Shown here: positions 31,044 through 32,554 of the stretch, piece after piece
Position numbering within the stretch: the first letter of the stretch is position 1
How the letters are laid out: every line of letters begins with the position of its first letter
IMG/VR virus record: IMGVR_UViG_3300001688_000201
Strand: one strand, 5' to 3'
Source: a virus
Length of the DNA: 32,554 nucleotides
Made by a program: the position numbers and the translations under genes
Notes under the pieces: generated by a model
What the model was told of the DNA's origin: nothing
The model's database searches: none
What the model saw: only the letters and a program-made list of their open reading frames with translations

Positions 31044-32554
31044 CTAGTTATTTTGTGTCAGCTGTCCTCTGTACCTTCTATATATTTCATATAGAATTAT
31101 CAGCGTTACAGCTCCATCAATTCTCCTTGTAGCCTGGTTATTTATCTTTATACATAACACTCTCCCGAAGTTATCAATCTTCATAGAAGCATTACCTAAA
31201 CACCATCTGTCTAACTCATTTTCGTTATAATTAACGTGCCTTGCTTTAAGTTCCTGCTCACATAGTCGCATAGCGTTATTTAATGTTTCTGCATTTTGTA
31301 ACACCATTTCACACTCTATACCGTATTCTTCCATACGGTCTTTAAACTCTCTAGCAAAACGCTGATCATAACCACAAACTACTGTTCTAATGTCATAATC
31401 TTTATAGAGCTGATAAAACCAGTCTGCTACTTTTGTTAAATCGTTATCTAAACCTGGTAAAACTGTGAGTATACCCTGTTTAGCCCATTCTTCATATTTT
31501 GCTCCAGATTGCTTATCATCACTATTCTCTAGTTTTCCCTCTGGTATGAAGTACATTGTATGTACAAACTTTGTATTACTATCTTGATCTAAAGCCATTA
31601 TCTTAGCACACGTTAAATCTGTTGTTTCACTCAAATCTACAGCACCAATAACATATTTTCCCCTTAGATCCTCTATATTAAATTTAGCTTCATAGATATA
31701 ATCTTTTTCTTCCAGCCAGCTTTGAGAATTACTTTGTTTAAAGTTAAAATCTTTACTTAAAACAAACATTCTATCAGCTTTTGAAGATCTGGCTTCATCT
31801 ACCTGCTCTCTTAAATAATCCCATTTTTTAACTATCCCTAATGATGGATTAGACTTCTGCCAGCTTGCTTCATTTTCCCAAACTTCCCGTTCACTGTCCT
31901 GTGTATAAAGCCAAGGTAAAGTACGTTCCGCTTTTATACCATCATCTTCACCATTGATAATAGCTCTGCATTTTTTTAACTCTTCATCTAAATACCCATC
32001 ATTTACAAAGCCTTCGGTAGTAATATTTATAAACTTTGGATTATCTTTTAATGATTGAGATTGTTCTATAGATTTTGCTATTACATTGGTTTTCATTTCA
32101 TGGGTTTCGTCCACAATAGCAAAACCTATATTTCTTCCTTCTTTGTTACGTGTTTTATCACTAAGTTTAAATATCTTAGTGTTTGTTGCCTTGTTAATGA
32201 TCCATCTTTGATTACGTTTTGTATCTAAATCATTAGGATCTATCAGCATACGCATTAAGTCAATAGCGTCATATACAATAGAAGCCTGGTTATCATCATT
32301 TGATGAACAAACAATATCATTTCCTTCTTCTCCTATGATCAGCTCTGTTAATGCAAGTGCTGAACACGTTTCACTCTTTGTATTTTTACGTGCAATCAGT
32401 AAAATTATCTTTTTAAATCTGTCAAACCCTGTATCAGCCATCTTAAAGCTGTAAACAACTTCTATAAAAGCCTTCTGCCATAACATCAAAACCATAGGCT
32501 TATTATAAAAAGGTGCTTTAGTTAACTTAACGCAGTTTTCCATGAAGTCCATAC
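31044..32554 (-). CDS. terL: Terminase large subunit, main body (runs off the window end and continues at 88->242)
   Basis: The motifs are a Walker A-like LIARKNTKSE, Walker B GFAIVDETHE and the nuclease acidic residues AVDLSETTDLT. This is the Terminase_1-type architecture. Confidence 0.9.
   Translation of the reverse strand, partial: MDFMENCVKLTKAPFYNKPMVLMLWQKAFIEVVYSFKMADTGFDRFKKIILLIARKNTKSETCSALALTELIIGEEGNDIVCSSNDDNQASIVYDAIDLMRMLIDPNDLDTKRNQRWIINKATNTKIFKLSDKTRNKEGRNIGFAIVDETHEMKTNVIAKSIEQSQSLKDNPKFINITTEGFVNDGYLDEELKKCRAIINGEDDGIKAERTLPWLYTQDSEREVWENEASWQKSNPSLGIVKKWDYLREQVDEARSSKADRMFVLSKDFNFKQSNSQSWLEEKDYIYEAKFNIEDLRGKYVIGAVDLSETTDLTCAKIMALDQDSNTKFVHTMYFIPEGKLENSDDKQSGAKYEEWAKQGILTVLPGLDNDLTKVADWFYQLYKDYDIRTVVCGYDQRFAREFKDRMEEYGIECEMVLQNAETLNNAMRLCEQELKARHVNYNENELDRWCLGNASMKIDNFGRVLCIKINNQATRRIDGAVTLIILYEIYRRYRGQLTQNN
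32467..32554. repeat. Terminal overlap copy 2 (identical to 1-88)
   Basis: Direct comparison of the two window ends. Confidence 0.95.

Noticed and set aside
1-32554. CRISPR arrays, rRNA/tRNA genes, IS elements and large defence genes (nuclease-helicase, STAND, TIR, Sir2 and similar)
   Set aside because: Scanning both strands showed no regularly spaced 25-40-bp repeats, no transposase-like ORF with terminal inverted repeats, and no long non-structural ORF other than the methyltransferase, Rep and the recombinases.

Overview
The window is one complete, circularly closed phage genome. Bases 1-88 are identical to 32467-32554, giving a unit length of 32,466 bp, and terL reads through the junction. 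It looks like a temperate, very AT-rich siphovirus of a low-GC Firmicute, judged Clostridia-like only from the style of the endolysin and holin. Almost every gene is on the minus strand, in a lambda-like order. Reading the minus strand from high to low coordinates:
- terL (wraps the junction), portal, prohead protease, HK97-type capsid and head-tail connector.
- An inserted three-gene fibre cassette, then head closure, gp10-like, tail terminator and major tail protein.
- G/T chaperones with a textbook -1 frameshift, tape measure, Dit, Gp37-like tip and tail fibre.
- A small strongly promoted accessory operon, then the attP candidate region and integrase (plus strand).
- The immunity region with a cI-like repressor (plus strand) and back-to-back consensus promoters.
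- Early genes, including two DUF2829/Tad2-like paralogs and an ORF6N antirepressor-like protein.
- A HUH rolling-circle Rep translationally coupled to a second, Xer-like tyrosine recombinase, then a large orphan C5 methyltransferase.
- About 13 tiny coupled ORFs, a sigma/ArpU-like late regulator and a late promoter with 3 x 11-bp repeats.
- Holin, membrane coiled-coil protein, amidase, a TerS-like HTH protein, an unknown gene, an HNH::P-loop fusion and a P27-like TerS.

No tRNA, rRNA, CRISPR array or IS element was seen.

The most interesting loci, in my judgement:
1. The operator-controlled small-ORF/HTH operon at 16366-17093, which has an A_AAA_AAG -1 frameshift or homopolymer switch.
2. The Rep plus Xer-like recombinase replication module.
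3. The fibre cassette embedded in the head-tail joining genes.
4. The duplicated Tad2-like genes.
5. The HNH::P-loop fusion next to two different TerS-type genes.

All family assignments come from motif recognition by eye. No searches were run.
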